This document shows, piece by piece, positions 25,769 through 38,356 of a stretch of 42,506 bases of DNA; position 1 is the stretch's first letter; the number at the start of each line of letters is the position of its first letter. The stretch comes from Welwitschia mirabilis. Lineage: Eukaryota. The notes under the pieces were generated by a model. The model was not told the DNA's origin, made no database searches, and worked only from the letters and a program-made list of their open reading frames with translations. The translations under genes were made by a program, and so were the position numbers. Location: assembly GCA_051453625.1 (NCBI GenBank), contig JBOZIK010000001.1, positions 24,691,596-24,734,101 of the forward strand, read 5' to 3'.

Positions 25769-28700
25769 AAAAACCACTTAAATTTTATAATAATGAGTTT
25801 TAGCATCTCATAATTAGGTACAATTCAAGATTAGTGTGAGAAAAATTCATGAGGCATTTTATGTCTACAATGAAAAGTAATCAAGTAAAGCTAAATAAAA
25901 AGGAGCTTTCAATCAAGCATATGCATCTAAAAACTTAGCATACAAAAGATACAATAATTTAGTTTTGAAAAGAGATAAAATTGTATGGATTAGCAATGTG
26001 TATCTATTTAGGATAATTTTGATTTGTCATTTTGATTTTTTAACTTTAAATAGATCCATCCTTACTTTTTAATAGTAATAATGAAGTTTGATTAATCTTT
26101 ACTAGAATAGTACTTTCATATAGAACTAGCATGCAATATGATTCACTTGCTCTCATATACCACATTAATATTGGATCAAATAAACTACATGTACTAAGCA
26201 AATCATAAATAGTATGTATAAGCTCTAAAATCAATGAGTTTCAATATTATTTATTATTCATACCATATATTGTCAAATCTTTTGTAAATACATATATAAG
26301 GATATGAAAGAAACTGTGTAAATATTAATACAAAATAACCCCATTTGCATACAAAATGAATGAATCTTCTTGTAAGTATGGTAGGAACTGGGTTGTGAGC
26401 ATGAGGAAAAGTGCTGTTAGAAGGATGACATCACTGTTAAAGTAATGTCTGCGGAGAAATGGCATAAAGAAAATGGGAATTAGCCATTATATCTTTAAAA
26501 AACTCTCCTACAAAACATATAAAGACAAGAAAGGCAATTGTTTAATATAAAAATTTAATGCATTTGTTAAAATTCCTTAATTACACATAAAACATGAGAA
26601 AGATTCATAAGAATTAGGTATACACAAAAACATGGAATCTAACTTCTTGTTGTAAAATCCTAACCTACTCTATTGACAAGTGCTTAAAGATAATATCAAT
26701 ACTACACTTGTAAGAGAGTATCAATGTTAAACAGAAATGGGAGAAAATGTTAAGCATTAAGGGGATTATTGAAGAAATGTTGAGAAATCTTGGGAACTAA
26801 AATGATTGCTTGGTAGACAAGTGTAAAAAGAATAATTTCCCACCTGTCCACCATGTAATGAATTTGAAAAAAGATGGAGAAACCTTCTTGAGTTGTGTGA
26901 GGGACATTTTAAAAATATATAATAATAATAATAAGATGTAACATAAGCTTGCATCTTATTTAAAGGCCATGTAATTGTTAATAAGAAAATAAATAATACA
27001 TAAGTGGCTTACGTAGATTAAGTAAAGGAAAGAATAGGTAAAATTAAGGCATGGAGAATATATATTATAAGTTTTGGCTTACTTATAGATTATGAAAAAT
27101 GTATTTAAAAGGCTGCTTATAAAATATGAATTGGTTGTATGGGAGATTTTAACACATAGCATAAAGAAAGAGGCTCATTTGGCTTACATTCATTGGACCA
27201 AGTGGTTTCCCTTGGAAATAAGGGTAGGCATAATAGTACTTTAGATTAATGTAACAAGTTGGTATAAAATAATAAAGGGATTAAACAGTTATAGGATATA
27301 GTTTGATTTACATACACACACACACAAATAGACATATAAATATTTTGAAAGAAAAAAGGGATAGTTGGCTTATGTGCTTTGGAAAAACTACATGTTGGAC
27401 AATTAGAAACATGCAAGTAAAGAAGGAAAACCATGAAGCTTGACGTATAGAAGAATAATAAAGCTAGTTGCCTATAGTAATAAATATAGCATGGTATGGT
27501 ATAATGAAATAAAAGGTAAATGACTACTACGGTTTTATTATCATTAACTATTAAGCTCTTTTTTTTAATTATAATTTTTGCCTTTATGGTTATAAACTTC
27601 CTAATTGAGAATATATGCCATAAGACTTATAATAAGTTGAGTTTATGGCTGTATCATAGATAGCATGCTTTATCATTTTGTGAAAAACAATAATGATTTA
27701 ATATGTACTCAATAGATTATTACATGAAACATGTCTGTACTATCTTATCATCTTATTGCTTTCATAATTACTTTTATAAATCATTGTTTTTAGTAAGTGG
27801 CAAGCACTTTAGTAATGTTTATTTTTATAGTATTACATCTTAGATTGATTATATAATAGGATATGTAGAAGTTATGGGTCTATCTTTATGCTTAATTCCC
27901 AATGTCTAGTGGGCATATAAATCATGGATTTTCATTGNNNNNNNNNNNNNNNNNNNNNNNNNNNNNNNNNNNNNNNNNNNNNNNNNNNNNNNNNNNNNNN
28001 NNNNNNNNNNNNNNNNNNNNNNNNNNNNNNNNNNNNNNNNNNNNNNNNNNNNNNNNNNNNNNNNNNNNNNNNNNNNNNNNNNNNNNNNNNNNNNNNNNNN
28101 NNNNNNNNNNNNNNNNNNNNNNNNNNNNNNNNNNNNNNNNNNNNNNNNNNNNNNNNNNNNNNNNNNNNNNNNNNNNNNNNNNNNNNNNNNNNNNNNNNNN
28201 NNNNNNNNNNNNNNNNNNNNNNNNNNNNNNNNNNNNNNNNNNNNNNNNNNNNNNNNNNNNNNNNNNNNNNNNNNNNNNNNNNNNNTAATTCCCAATGTCT
28301 AGTGGGCATATAACCCATGGATTTTCATTGACTTAAATATTATTTTCATGATTAGATTTTCTAGTGAAATATCTCATGTGTCATGTTTAGTTGTAACTAA
28401 TATAATTATCTTGAAAAAGTATCAGAATGATTTCATTTGAGATGTTTCCTTTAAATAGACTTCAGTTAGTATTTAATTTGAAAACACATATAATAATTAT
28501 CACATTAAATTTCTAATAATGAGTAAGTTAATTTTTAAAGAAAGAGATTTATTAATTCTTTAAAAATCCTTGTCTTAATCATAGGAAACTAAAAAATGAA
28601 ATGCTTTAAGCACCTCTAAGATGCTTAGCTAGACTATTAGTTAGTAGTTTTAAAATGAGAAAAATGTAAGATAATTTCAAGTTTGATTGTAAATGTTAGT

Positions 28701-29146
28701 AGTATTGTATTTTCACATAAAAGAGTTCTAGTTATATATCAAATATAATTATTGACTAATATTATGTTTCTTTTTAATGAATAACATAGTAGAAACTTAA
28801 GATATAGTAATGTTATGTTCCCTTTAATGGTTTCTGGCTTATATTGAATAACATAGTGGAAAATTAAGTTATAATAGTATCATGGTTTTTGCCTTCGTAT
28901 AAGCATAGTACTTTACTTAATATTGGAATTTAAATTATTAAAGTATCATTTATTAACAATGAAGTTTAGTTAAAACAAGCTTGGTAAAGGATAAACTGCA
29001 CTAATGGTAATGCAACGACATTCTTTTATAAGTACTAATAGTAATGTAGTAACATGGATACCATAACAACAGAATCTTCAAATAGCATGGGCTAAAGGCC
29101 TAACAATGGTTAATAATGAAAGCTTGACATATTAAATAGTAATAGC

Positions 29147-29255
29147 ATTTAAAAGTACTAAATTAACTATTCCTTTAGAATAACAGAAAAGATATGGAAT
29201 GGGAAATGAAGTATAAACCTTGATAACAATTTAAAAGTACTAAATTAACTATTCC
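29147..29255 (+). repeat. Exact 27-bp direct repeat pair
   Basis: ATTTAAAAGTACTAAATTAACTATTCC at 29147-29173 and 29229-29255. Confidence 0.85.
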
Positions 29256-29779
29256 ACAAACGCGCTGAATGAGGCAATGGAGGGATGATAATAATTATTG
29301 AAATAGTAATTATCCTTAATCAATAATTTAATTGAAAGTACACTTAACTTATGATAATGATGTTGATGGATAAACTATAAGTCTAATATTTGCTTAATGG
29401 CTAATGATGACATGAATTAAGTAATCTAATAATGTATGAGATTAATTGATAATGGATTAGATGATAAGTTAATCATGACCATTAAGATAGTCCTAAGTAA
29501 TAGAATTGACTTATGAGAAAATGTAATACACCTATGATGGTGATATATGAAAATAATACATATGTTGATATTATATATTTGGATTCTTAGAATTGTTTCA
29601 TTAATCATCAATCATCTGTACTAGATCTTGATTGATTCTGATCTTAATTCAGTGGCATATGGATACATATATTTAGTCTATTTATCTAATAAACATCATC
29701 TATCTATATATATTCAATATGATTAGTTATAAAAAGAGTAGTGTAGAATGTCTCAGCTTTTAAGAAAGGCATAGATATG

Positions 29780-30030
29780 AGATATATGATTGGAGATCGA
29801 CCTTCATGACTATGGGTTACGATTTACCCATACGAGGATGTGCTCCATTAAGGAGCAAGTATAGAGTCAGTATATGGTTAATCTATGATATATGGATGGA
29901 TGATTGGTGGGAGATCAACTACATGAGTTAGAGGTACTGTCTTACCTAGTGATGAGTAGATCTTATGGAGGAGGTAATTGTACAGTCGACTTATGGATGA
30001 TGGTATGATATACATGGATAATCTTCATGA
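29780..30030 (+). repeat. Two degenerate ~120-bp tandem units, possibly within an LTR-retrotransposon non-coding remnant
   Basis: GGAGATC[G/A]AC..CATGA at ~29791 and ~29910; TATGATATA.ATGGAT at ~29884 and ~30004. Confidence 0.45.
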
Positions 30031-30714
30031 TGAGGATTTATTGATATCCTAGTTGAGGTACGCCGAGATAGTAATGCTTTTAGATTGATTCACAGATCCA
30101 TGTGTGATTGAGCTAGTATAATGACCTAGAAGGTCATGGCTCAATCGTAGTAACTAATATGAATGATTGGACTCGAGTTCCATGAGAAACTTGACTAGTT
30201 ATTTACTATATTTAATATGAATATACATTATATGATGTTCTTTATGATCTCTTATGGATGTTTGATTGATTAGATCTAGATTTTGTTAGCCCATTTTCTT
30301 ACTAATATGGACTAATGAGACTTATCATACAACTATGTGTATTGCTAGTAACAAAAATAGAATTCAAGACAAAACTATGTATGGTTTGAGTTCCTTTGGA
30401 TGATGATATCTAGATGTGATTACTTTCTATAGATCAATCAACCATTCAACTGTGACTTCACACTTGAATCATGTGATCCTTATTACACTTGTTATATGCT
30501 CCTTAGTGTGATTTCGTGCTTTCATTATGTGTTTTATTTGAGTCTTCTAAACATTCTAAAAGTAGGATGTGATGTTAATGAGGTGAGCTATTATCAAATA
30601 GTTCTCTTAAGGGATAGCCTGTGGATGTCGAGAGTATGACTTATAGTTATAATGTAATTATCCCACTGTGTTAGTTAATTGTGTAATTCTGTGGTTAATG
30701 AATTTGAAAAAAAG

Positions 30715-33440
30715 ATGGGTGTAAAATTTGAGTTGTAACAAAACTTGTTTCTTTGAATAACATTAGCTTCTTTAATTGTTTTAATATTTTTGTTTTAGAT
30801 GGAACTTGGGAAAACAATAGTTCAAAAGATTTTACTATCCTTTATTTTCAAAAACTTATTATGAAAAATAAGAATTTAGCTTTTAGATGTAATAACTTCA
30901 AAGGTATTATTTATTTACTTTATAGTAATTTAGTTCAACGTGTATAGTTAGACAAGATAGCTAAGCATTAATAGTTGATTTATAAGGATGTCTAAAGAGC
31001 CCCACTTTTAGTATGTAGAAGTAGATGTAGTAGATTCTTTAAAAAAGGAGTAATTTTCATTTGTGAAAATTTTAATGCCATAATTAGATCATAAAAATTA
31101 TAAATCATTTAGTGGCAAGACAAGACTAATACCATTAGTAGAATTATTTGAACCTCTTTGATGAGAACTAAAAAGATACTATTATTAATAAGATGAGATA
31201 ATAATTCACAGAATAGACTTAAACTTTAGATTTGATTATCTATAAGGCATTAGATAGATTTGGAGGTATCATAGCATTTATTTTTATTAGGCATTAAGGT
31301 AACTCATACATTGATTCCCTATTAGCTACTATTGAAAGTATTAATAACATCTAGAATTTTGAAATAGGAGATGACTTAGTTAAACTAAATCATCAAAATT
31401 TGAAGTTTGAAATCATGGTTAATTTTTTTTTTCTATTGCTTAAAAGAAAAAGGAGATTTCTACAAAGAATATTAACTTCTATACAGAGAGGAATAAAGAG
31501 AAATATAAGGAAATCATGCAAAATATTTGGTATGCAACAAAACAAGATAAATATTTAGTGTAAATTTTATTACAAAAAGCCTCCTAAGACATATTGTTTT
31601 CCAATAGCATAGGTCTCAAAGGAATATTAAATTGNNNNNNNNNNNNNNNNNNNNNNNNNNNNNNNNNNNNNNNNNNNNNNNNNNNNNNNNNNNNNNNNNN
31701 NNNNNNNNNNNNNNNNNNNNNNNNNNNNNNNNNNTAAGACATTTTTTTTTCAATAGCATAGGTATTAAAGGAATATTAAATTGATTGGATAAAAGAAAAA
31801 AGAGAATATGATTAGAAGATACACATACCGAATTATAAATCAGAAAATACATTTGATTAAGAAGTAAGAAGAAAGTTCTACTGACATGATTAAAAAAGAG
31901 TCCATATTATTTTGGAAAATTCTCATACATAAGGACTTTCTAGCTTCTAGTTTTTTTTTTCTCTAAAATTTTCACTTTTACAATATTCATTTTGTGTGAA
32001 ACTTCTTTTCATTTTACCCAAGATGAAGAAATTAATGAAATTAATAGATTGGCCTTAGGTAAAGATGCAAATTTAAATGATGTACATGTCAAATTGATTA
32101 AATGAAGAGGATCTACTATACATATATAATTTTTATAATTTTAACTATAGTTATTTAAAATAAATTCAATCATAGTTGGAGAATAAGTCAAGTAACTATT
32201 TTATTTCTAACATTTAGTAATGCTAAGTTATTAAGTGAAGTATGCACAAAAAATCCAATAAGAAAATTTTAATATGTTTTATTGATTTTCCTAAATCATA
32301 TGATTTAATTATTAGTAAGAAATTATGGTTATGGTTATAGACATATGTCTTTCTTTTGATCTATTTATGGCTATTTAAAAACTCTATAAGAAAGCTATAA
32401 TTAAGCTCAAGGATAACAAACTAAAGAAGAAATTTAATATTTGTAATAAAATTGGAGTGAAGTAAAGATGTCCTCTATTACTAACTCTTTTTAATTTTAT
32501 CATTAATGAGTTATAGGCTTGGATGACCAATGTTCATAATAATCATGCTATTAAAGTAAGGACTTAAGCTGTAAATCTTTTATTATATGTAGATGATGTA
32601 TCTTTGATATCTACTTTAGAAATAGGTATGCATGCAATGTTTAAACTTTGAAGAACTATTTTTTTGCCTTTCAAATGAAGGTTAATGTCAATAAAACTAA
32701 AATGATGGTGTTGCAAACTATAAGTAGTGGGTATGAGCTTTATTTTAAAAATGATAAGTGGAAATAGTTAACTCTTTTAAATACTCTAGTCTTTATTATA
32801 GAAACAACTACAGTGGAAAAACTATATTAAGCAAAGGCTTTCTAAAGAAATTAAAGCTTCCTGTGCTATTAGAAATAAACATAAGTCCTTAGGACTATAG
32901 GAATTAACTTAGAAAGTAAGTCTTTCAAGCTATCATTTATCCTACTATTTTATATGTATGTCTTATTTCAGAAACAAATCTTAGTGATAAAAATTGAAAG
33001 ATATTGAAAAGGTGCAAAAGTTATTTTTTTAAAAAATAAGTAAAGGCATAAACATCTTACCACATGTGGCTTTTAGAATGTAACAGTTTACTCATGAAGG
33101 TTAAATCATTTGATAATTCACTACATACACTGAAAAATGATAAAAGGAGATTAATCCAAGTATTCTAAGTAGTCTTTATAGAGGAAAATGAAAAAAAAAA
33201 TATGGATGTATTTTCAATATAATTAAATGGTTACATAAGTAGGATATCTCTTTGAAATAGATATAGAATATTACTAACTTTTGTAAATTAATTAGGAAGA
33301 ATGTTCTGAATAAGCATTGGATAAGAATAGAAGGCAAGAAAGTTTTTTATCTTAAATGTATCAAAGGTAAATAGGTATTTCTCTTAATTTCTATTAAGGA
33401 AAGTGTTTTGATCCTCAAAAAGAGTTTCATTAAATTGAGA
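30715..33440 (+). pseudogene. RTE/RTEX-like non-LTR retrotransposon ORF (APE endonuclease + RT), decayed
   Basis: EN: LSCN, FNIFVLDGTWE, FICENFNAII (GDFNAR), DLIIY..GNSYIDSLL..NH. RT: LALGKDANLNDV..LIK*, FIDFPKSYDLI (32278-32310), IGVK*RCPLLLTLFN (32451-32495), LLYVDDVSL (~32580-32606), FKYS, FQAIIYPTILY, IEKVQKLF, SYHMWLLEC. Confidence 0.8.
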
Positions 33441-33449
33441 TATATAAGT

Positions 33450-36320
33450 AACACAACAAAAAGCCATCAAAGGCTTTAAAAGCTAACATGATATAAAGCA
33501 GAGTAAAAAAACTAACTAATGCTAGAGCAAAGACAAAATATTAGGCATTATTTGTCATGTGTATGATAACTAATATATAATCCATCATAGAAATGGTTTA
33601 AAAGCTACATAAGAAAATTAACATTAATATGGTCTTTTTTACTTGAGTTTGGATCTAAAAATAAACATTATGTAAAATATGTATCTTTTCTTTAATGGAT
33701 AAAAGATAGGTACTGAAAGATTGGATCCTCTTAAAAATTAGTTTGCATCTTCTCTTCCAAATATAATATATTATAATAGGTTAAATAGTCCTATAAGAAA
33801 ATTTGAAATTGGTATTAGTATTTGGCAAAGAGCCAAAGAATACAAAATATGTAGAAAGTTAAATGTTTGAGAGTACTTAACTCATCCAAAACTAGGTATT
33901 CTTAGCAAACAAGCATTACTAATAGACATGAATAAAATCATTTATAGCTTTACATTAAGGGGAAATAGGATTATGGATTCTAATACACAGAACTCATTTA
34001 CTAGTGGGTAAAACATGATGTAAGAAATATAAAAATAAATTTTTAAGTTTTGAAAGTATAGCTAGTTTCCAAATATTTTAAATAATGATTACCTAGAACT
34101 ACTCAATCTCCTCTTTATGTAAAAGTCTATTATAGTGTGTAATGATTACAACTAGACTATGAAGCAACTAGAATGAAATATATGGCTAATATGGCATGAT
34201 TGTAGAGCCAATTTTCTAGTGAAGCTTCTTCTTTTTAAAAAAAAAAAGAAAAAGAAAAAGGAAAAAAAAAAGGGGAAAAATTCTATAGATTCATCTAAGT
34301 GTAAACTCTAAAGAAGAAAAATTGTGAAACCTATTAGAGAAAAACATTGTATGGTAGAGAAAGTACAATGAAGATTATGAAATATATCCTAATAAATCAT
34401 ATGACCTATAAGATAGAAACCATTAAGCAAAATCGTACATTTATAAAACTAACAAGTTATAAGTCTTAAGTTTGTAAGGGTAATAGGAGCTAGAGAAAGA
34501 GTTAGCCACCATAGACAAATATTAGAGAGTAATGTTGAAAGAATTTTTACATTATTTTAATTAATACATTTGTGTAAGATTTTTCAAGCTCTTCAAATTC
34601 TTTTAAAAATAGATGTTTCTGCAAACATAATTCGATGTGATCAAAAAAATCCAATTAATAAAATGGATATCCTACCAAAAAGGTTTATGCCTCATGATTT
34701 AAGATAAATGAATAACCATTTTCTAATTAAAGTGATCCCTTACTTAAAAATGTTCAAAAACCCTAAGCCATCTTACTGCTTAGGTAGAGTAGAAATATTC
34801 CACATAACTCAATGAAAACCTTTTTGAGGATCTTTAAAAGACCATAAAAAATTCTAGATTATTTTTTTTCAAACTTTTGATTGATAACATAAGGAGGAAC
34901 CCAGTAAGAAGAGTAATAAAGATGAGTGGAAGCAAGAATGGATTTACAAACTAAATACTTATCTATGGAAGTGAGATATTTGAACTTTTTCTTTTCCAAT
35001 TTTTTTCCTCACCAAAGAGGAACTTCATTCTAAAGAGGTTAAGGAGGATCTTAGAAACTAAAAAGAATTTTCATGATTATAATAACATTATGATTAAATG
35101 CAAGGATCCATTCTTTGTCTAGTAGATGTGATGACTCAGAAATGGATGTACCTTTACAATTTGTTCTTACTAAGTAATGAAGAATATGTTAAAATGTTAG
35201 CAATATATTATGATATTATTATAACATATTATGGGTTATTATGAGCTAACTTTATAATGTAGATCAATTAGATGAAGTCATGCTATCAAAAGAAAAAGCA
35301 GTTGTGACAACAAAATAGGTGATGCAAAAGAAGGAATAACGAACTCTCTACAATTGTATTTATCTAGTTGTTACAACTGCTTTCCCTTTTTGTAGCACAA
35401 CTCCATCTAATTAATCTGCATCACAAATCATATCATAATAATCCATAATATACTATAATAATATCTTAATATATAGGTAACATTTTAAAATGTTCTTTAT
35501 TAATTTGGTAAGAAAATAACATAAATGTACATCTGTTTCTAAGTCATCAGTATATTTATATTTATCCATAAAACTATAAACTAAATATTTGTCTCAACTA
35601 ATGGTAGAATCAGAAAGATTACACTATGGATCCAGATAAAAAAGAAGGAAATTAAGGTCTTTAGTTGTATTATTAACATGAAAAATAAGAGTCATTTGTA
35701 AAACACATATTAAGAAGTCAATGGTTAGAATTCAAAAGGATGACTCCTCTTATAGAATTACAATGAATATCATATTAGAGTTTAAGAGAAAGGAAATTTA
35801 CTCCTCTAATAAACAAATAAGAAGCTACAAGACATCCTTGCCTTAGAGATTGATGAATTCAAAAGGAATAGGTAACTCTAAAAATTAGTATAAATTTTAG
35901 CATTAGCATCTACGAAAAAACATCTTATCACATGCAAGAATTTCAAACCAAAACCAAGTTTAGCCATAATATACAAAAAGAAATTTAATTTAATTTTAAC
36001 ATAATCCTTATCACAGATAAGTCCCATAAAAATAATATCTTCATGATCATCTCTAGCTCATTAAAGATCTTCCTAAGATGCTACTACATCAGTTAAGATA
36101 TATCTACCTAAATTAAAATCTATTTGTTGAGAAGAGATAATAAATGAAAGAATTTATTCAAATTAGAAGCTAATCATTTTATCCAAAAATTATAGATCAT
36201 ATTAAGGAGTGTAATTAATCACTAATTTGAAATCTAAATGGGATCATCAACTTTGAAAAGAAATTTTATAATCATTTGATTTAATTATAGTCATAAGAAA
36301 ATATCTTTATAGTTGGTAAA
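33450..36320 (-). pseudogene. L1 LINE of a second lineage (copy D): RT, post-RT and zf-RVT; 5' part missing; interrupted by a MITE
   Basis: IIKFLFKVDD..N**LITLLNMIY; SQQIDFNLGRYILTDVVAS*E; CDKDYVKI..FLYIMAKLGFG; SLRQGCLVASYLFI; FTNDSYF; LTSIDKYLVCKSILASTHLYYSSYW; FLWS..KGFH*VMW..PKQ*DGLG; IFKRI*RA*; HHVLPT..P*CK..HVY**CLFA; YIWKRRCKLIF. Confidence 0.88.
35130..35548. mobile_element. Mutator-type foldback MITE (~420 bp, ~195-bp TIRs)
   Basis: The left arm (35130-~35327) is the imperfect reverse complement of the right arm (~35354-35548), e.g. GATGACTCAGAAATGGATGTAC / GTACATCTGTTTCTAAGTCATC. Termini are G...C. The 9-bp flanks AGTAGATGT / AGTATATTT match at 7/9. L1 coding motifs continue on both sides. 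Confidence 0.8.
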
Positions 36321-38356
36321 GAAGGACAGAGAGAGTTGAAGAGGGAGTACATGACAATGTCATTTGAGTGTGTAGGGGTGATAAGGAGATGTGGATAAGT
36401 TAGAAAAGGTTAGATTCTAGGGAGGAAGCAAAGGTAGAGGGAGTTTTTTTGGTATGATTTGAAAGCTAGAGTAGCTAAAGAGATATGGGGTAAGAGTAAA
36501 GCAGTAAGGTAGTAGATTAGGAGGTAGAAAGAGGGAACCTTGAAGGACAAGGATAGGAATACACAAAGCAAGTTTCAAGTATGTTTTCTTTGATGGTTCT
36601 TTCCATGATGAGAGGTTTTTAAGAAAATGATTTATTTAAAAAGGGGATATTTCCAAACACTATATGTCTACATAGAAGCATTTTAAGTATAGCTTGGATG
36701 GTCATTTATATTGTTCCGACCAAGGTCCAATATGGAAATGATTAGAAAATGGATTCTCTAAAATGAATGAGGGTGAACTCAGTTCAAATGATAGCACTAG
36801 TTGAGGGACTTATATCATCTAGGTTTAAATTAGAAGAAGATTCAAACAACATAATACTAAGAGAGTTCTAATTTTTTAGAGTGACGAGGTTTGCTCTTTC
36901 ATGTTAGAGGCCTAGAGAAAACTTTAAGAAGATATTTTAGAAGCTTCTGATATGGGTAAGACTTATGGAAATAAGCCTAGAATTGTGGAATCAAGAATTT
37001 ACAAAGGAACTAGCATCATAGTTTAGTGAAAATTAGACCTTGTGATAGTGAGTGAAATAAGAATGATATTGATCAAGTTTTGTATGTGGATAGAACTATA
37101 AGTAACTAGAAAGCTGAGTAAGTTTAAGATATTATAGAACTTTAAAATTGATAAATTAAAGGCAGAATATGAAAGTACATCCATTTCCTATTTGTATTAT
37201 AAAGTAATAAGGCATTTGATAAGAATTAATCTAAAGTTAAAAGATTTTATCTATGGGAAATTAGGAGAAAAGGCCATTTAACACAAAAACATAAAATAGT
37301 CCAATGTGACAATTGCAAAAATATGAACATAATGAGAAAGTATGTAGCATAAGAAAGGATAAGGATGGTTTTTAAGTTGTAACTAGATAGAAAAAGTTAA
37401 GACATTTTCATAAAACTAGTAGGAAAGCAAGAGGAAAACAACTAGTCAATGTCAAAAAAAGGAAGTAGTAGGATCTATCCTCTGAAAAATAGAAGGTATA
37501 AACTAAATGAAGAAAAAGGAGTAAGGAGAGATTCCTCTGATAATATAGAACCAAGATATGAATTTAAAAAATAATAAACCCATCACAAACAAGCTTTTAA
37601 AATTAGAGCGAAGTTAGATGGATGACTTGAACTTAGAATCAGATTACAAAAGTGAGGAATAATAAGATCAAGAAAAAAAATTAGAAGGTCATTTATGGTG
37701 GAGGAAAAAAAGAGAGAGGCATTAAAAAAACATAGCAAATATGTCCCAAAACCCTCTTTTAATAATGTTAACTAAGCATTTAAAGGATAAAAATAGATGA
37801 TTATATTAAGTTAAAATATATAATAAGCATGAAAGCAACCCCAAAATAAAATCCTTAAAACTAAAATAAAGAAAGAAGAGACATTTAATAAATTACACAA
37901 AAGCTAGAACATAGAGTGGGTACCCACTTAAGGTAAAATTAAAGGACTTTTGATGATTATAAAAATGGACATCAAATACAAAAAATAAAGATGAACAAAT
38001 AGTATTAGGTCACTTCAATAAAAGAATTGTTATAATATGTACAACCCATAAAGTAAGATGGGAAAATGTAGAATATGGGAAATACTCCAAGAAAAATTAG
38101 GGATTAAAAGGCTGTGGCCATAAAAGACTTCAAAAAAAATCTTATTTAAATAAAACAAGCAAGTGGGAGGGAGTTGGTTAAATGTAAGTGTGATGGAGGT
38201 AGAAAACATGATATGAGCTCTAGATTTAGTATACTGCCCTCTCCTAAAGGTCTACTTCAACTAGTCTCATAGAAGAAAAGATAAAAAATATGATTCAATC
38301 ATAAATAGACAAGGCATTAGTCTTAATAGATCTATGGGGGAAGAACTCTTAGAGGT
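36320..38356 (+). mobile_element. L1 LINE copy C: ORF1 and endonuclease part of ORF2, truncated by the gap
   Basis: ORF1: PNMEMIRKWIL, FKLEED, FALSC*RP, LIWVRLMEISLELWNQEFTKELAS, CDNCK..H....C. ORF2 from ~37797: MIILS*NI*, EWVPT*GKIKGLLMI, YNMYNP, KDF..IL..K.VGG, YFN*S, IDKALV. Confidence 0.82.

Noticed and set aside
26000..28700. Possible host-gene exons among the short ORFs; (CA)n at ~27311-27326; recurring TGGCTTA
   Set aside because: No recognisable protein motif or convincing splice structure, and the repeats are too short to be meaningful.
29147..29255. CRISPR-like repeat-spacer-repeat
   Set aside because: Only two copies, eukaryotic TE context, no cas genes.
30727..30740. TTTGAGTTGTAACA as a Tekay/Del LTR end
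   Set aside because: It is better explained as the L-S-W/C-N start motif of the RTEX-like endonuclease; no PBS or partner LTR follows.
34231..34280. A/G-rich tract as a retroelement poly(A) tail
   Set aside because: It lies inside L1-D coding remnants with no TSD or associated head; it is more likely a slippage expansion.
38165..38210. RNase H-like 'LVKCKCDGG' suggesting an ORF1+RNase H deletion derivative
   Set aside because: Another frame continues the endonuclease motifs in the right order (DF..IL..K.GG, F.WS, IDKALV), so the match is coincidental.
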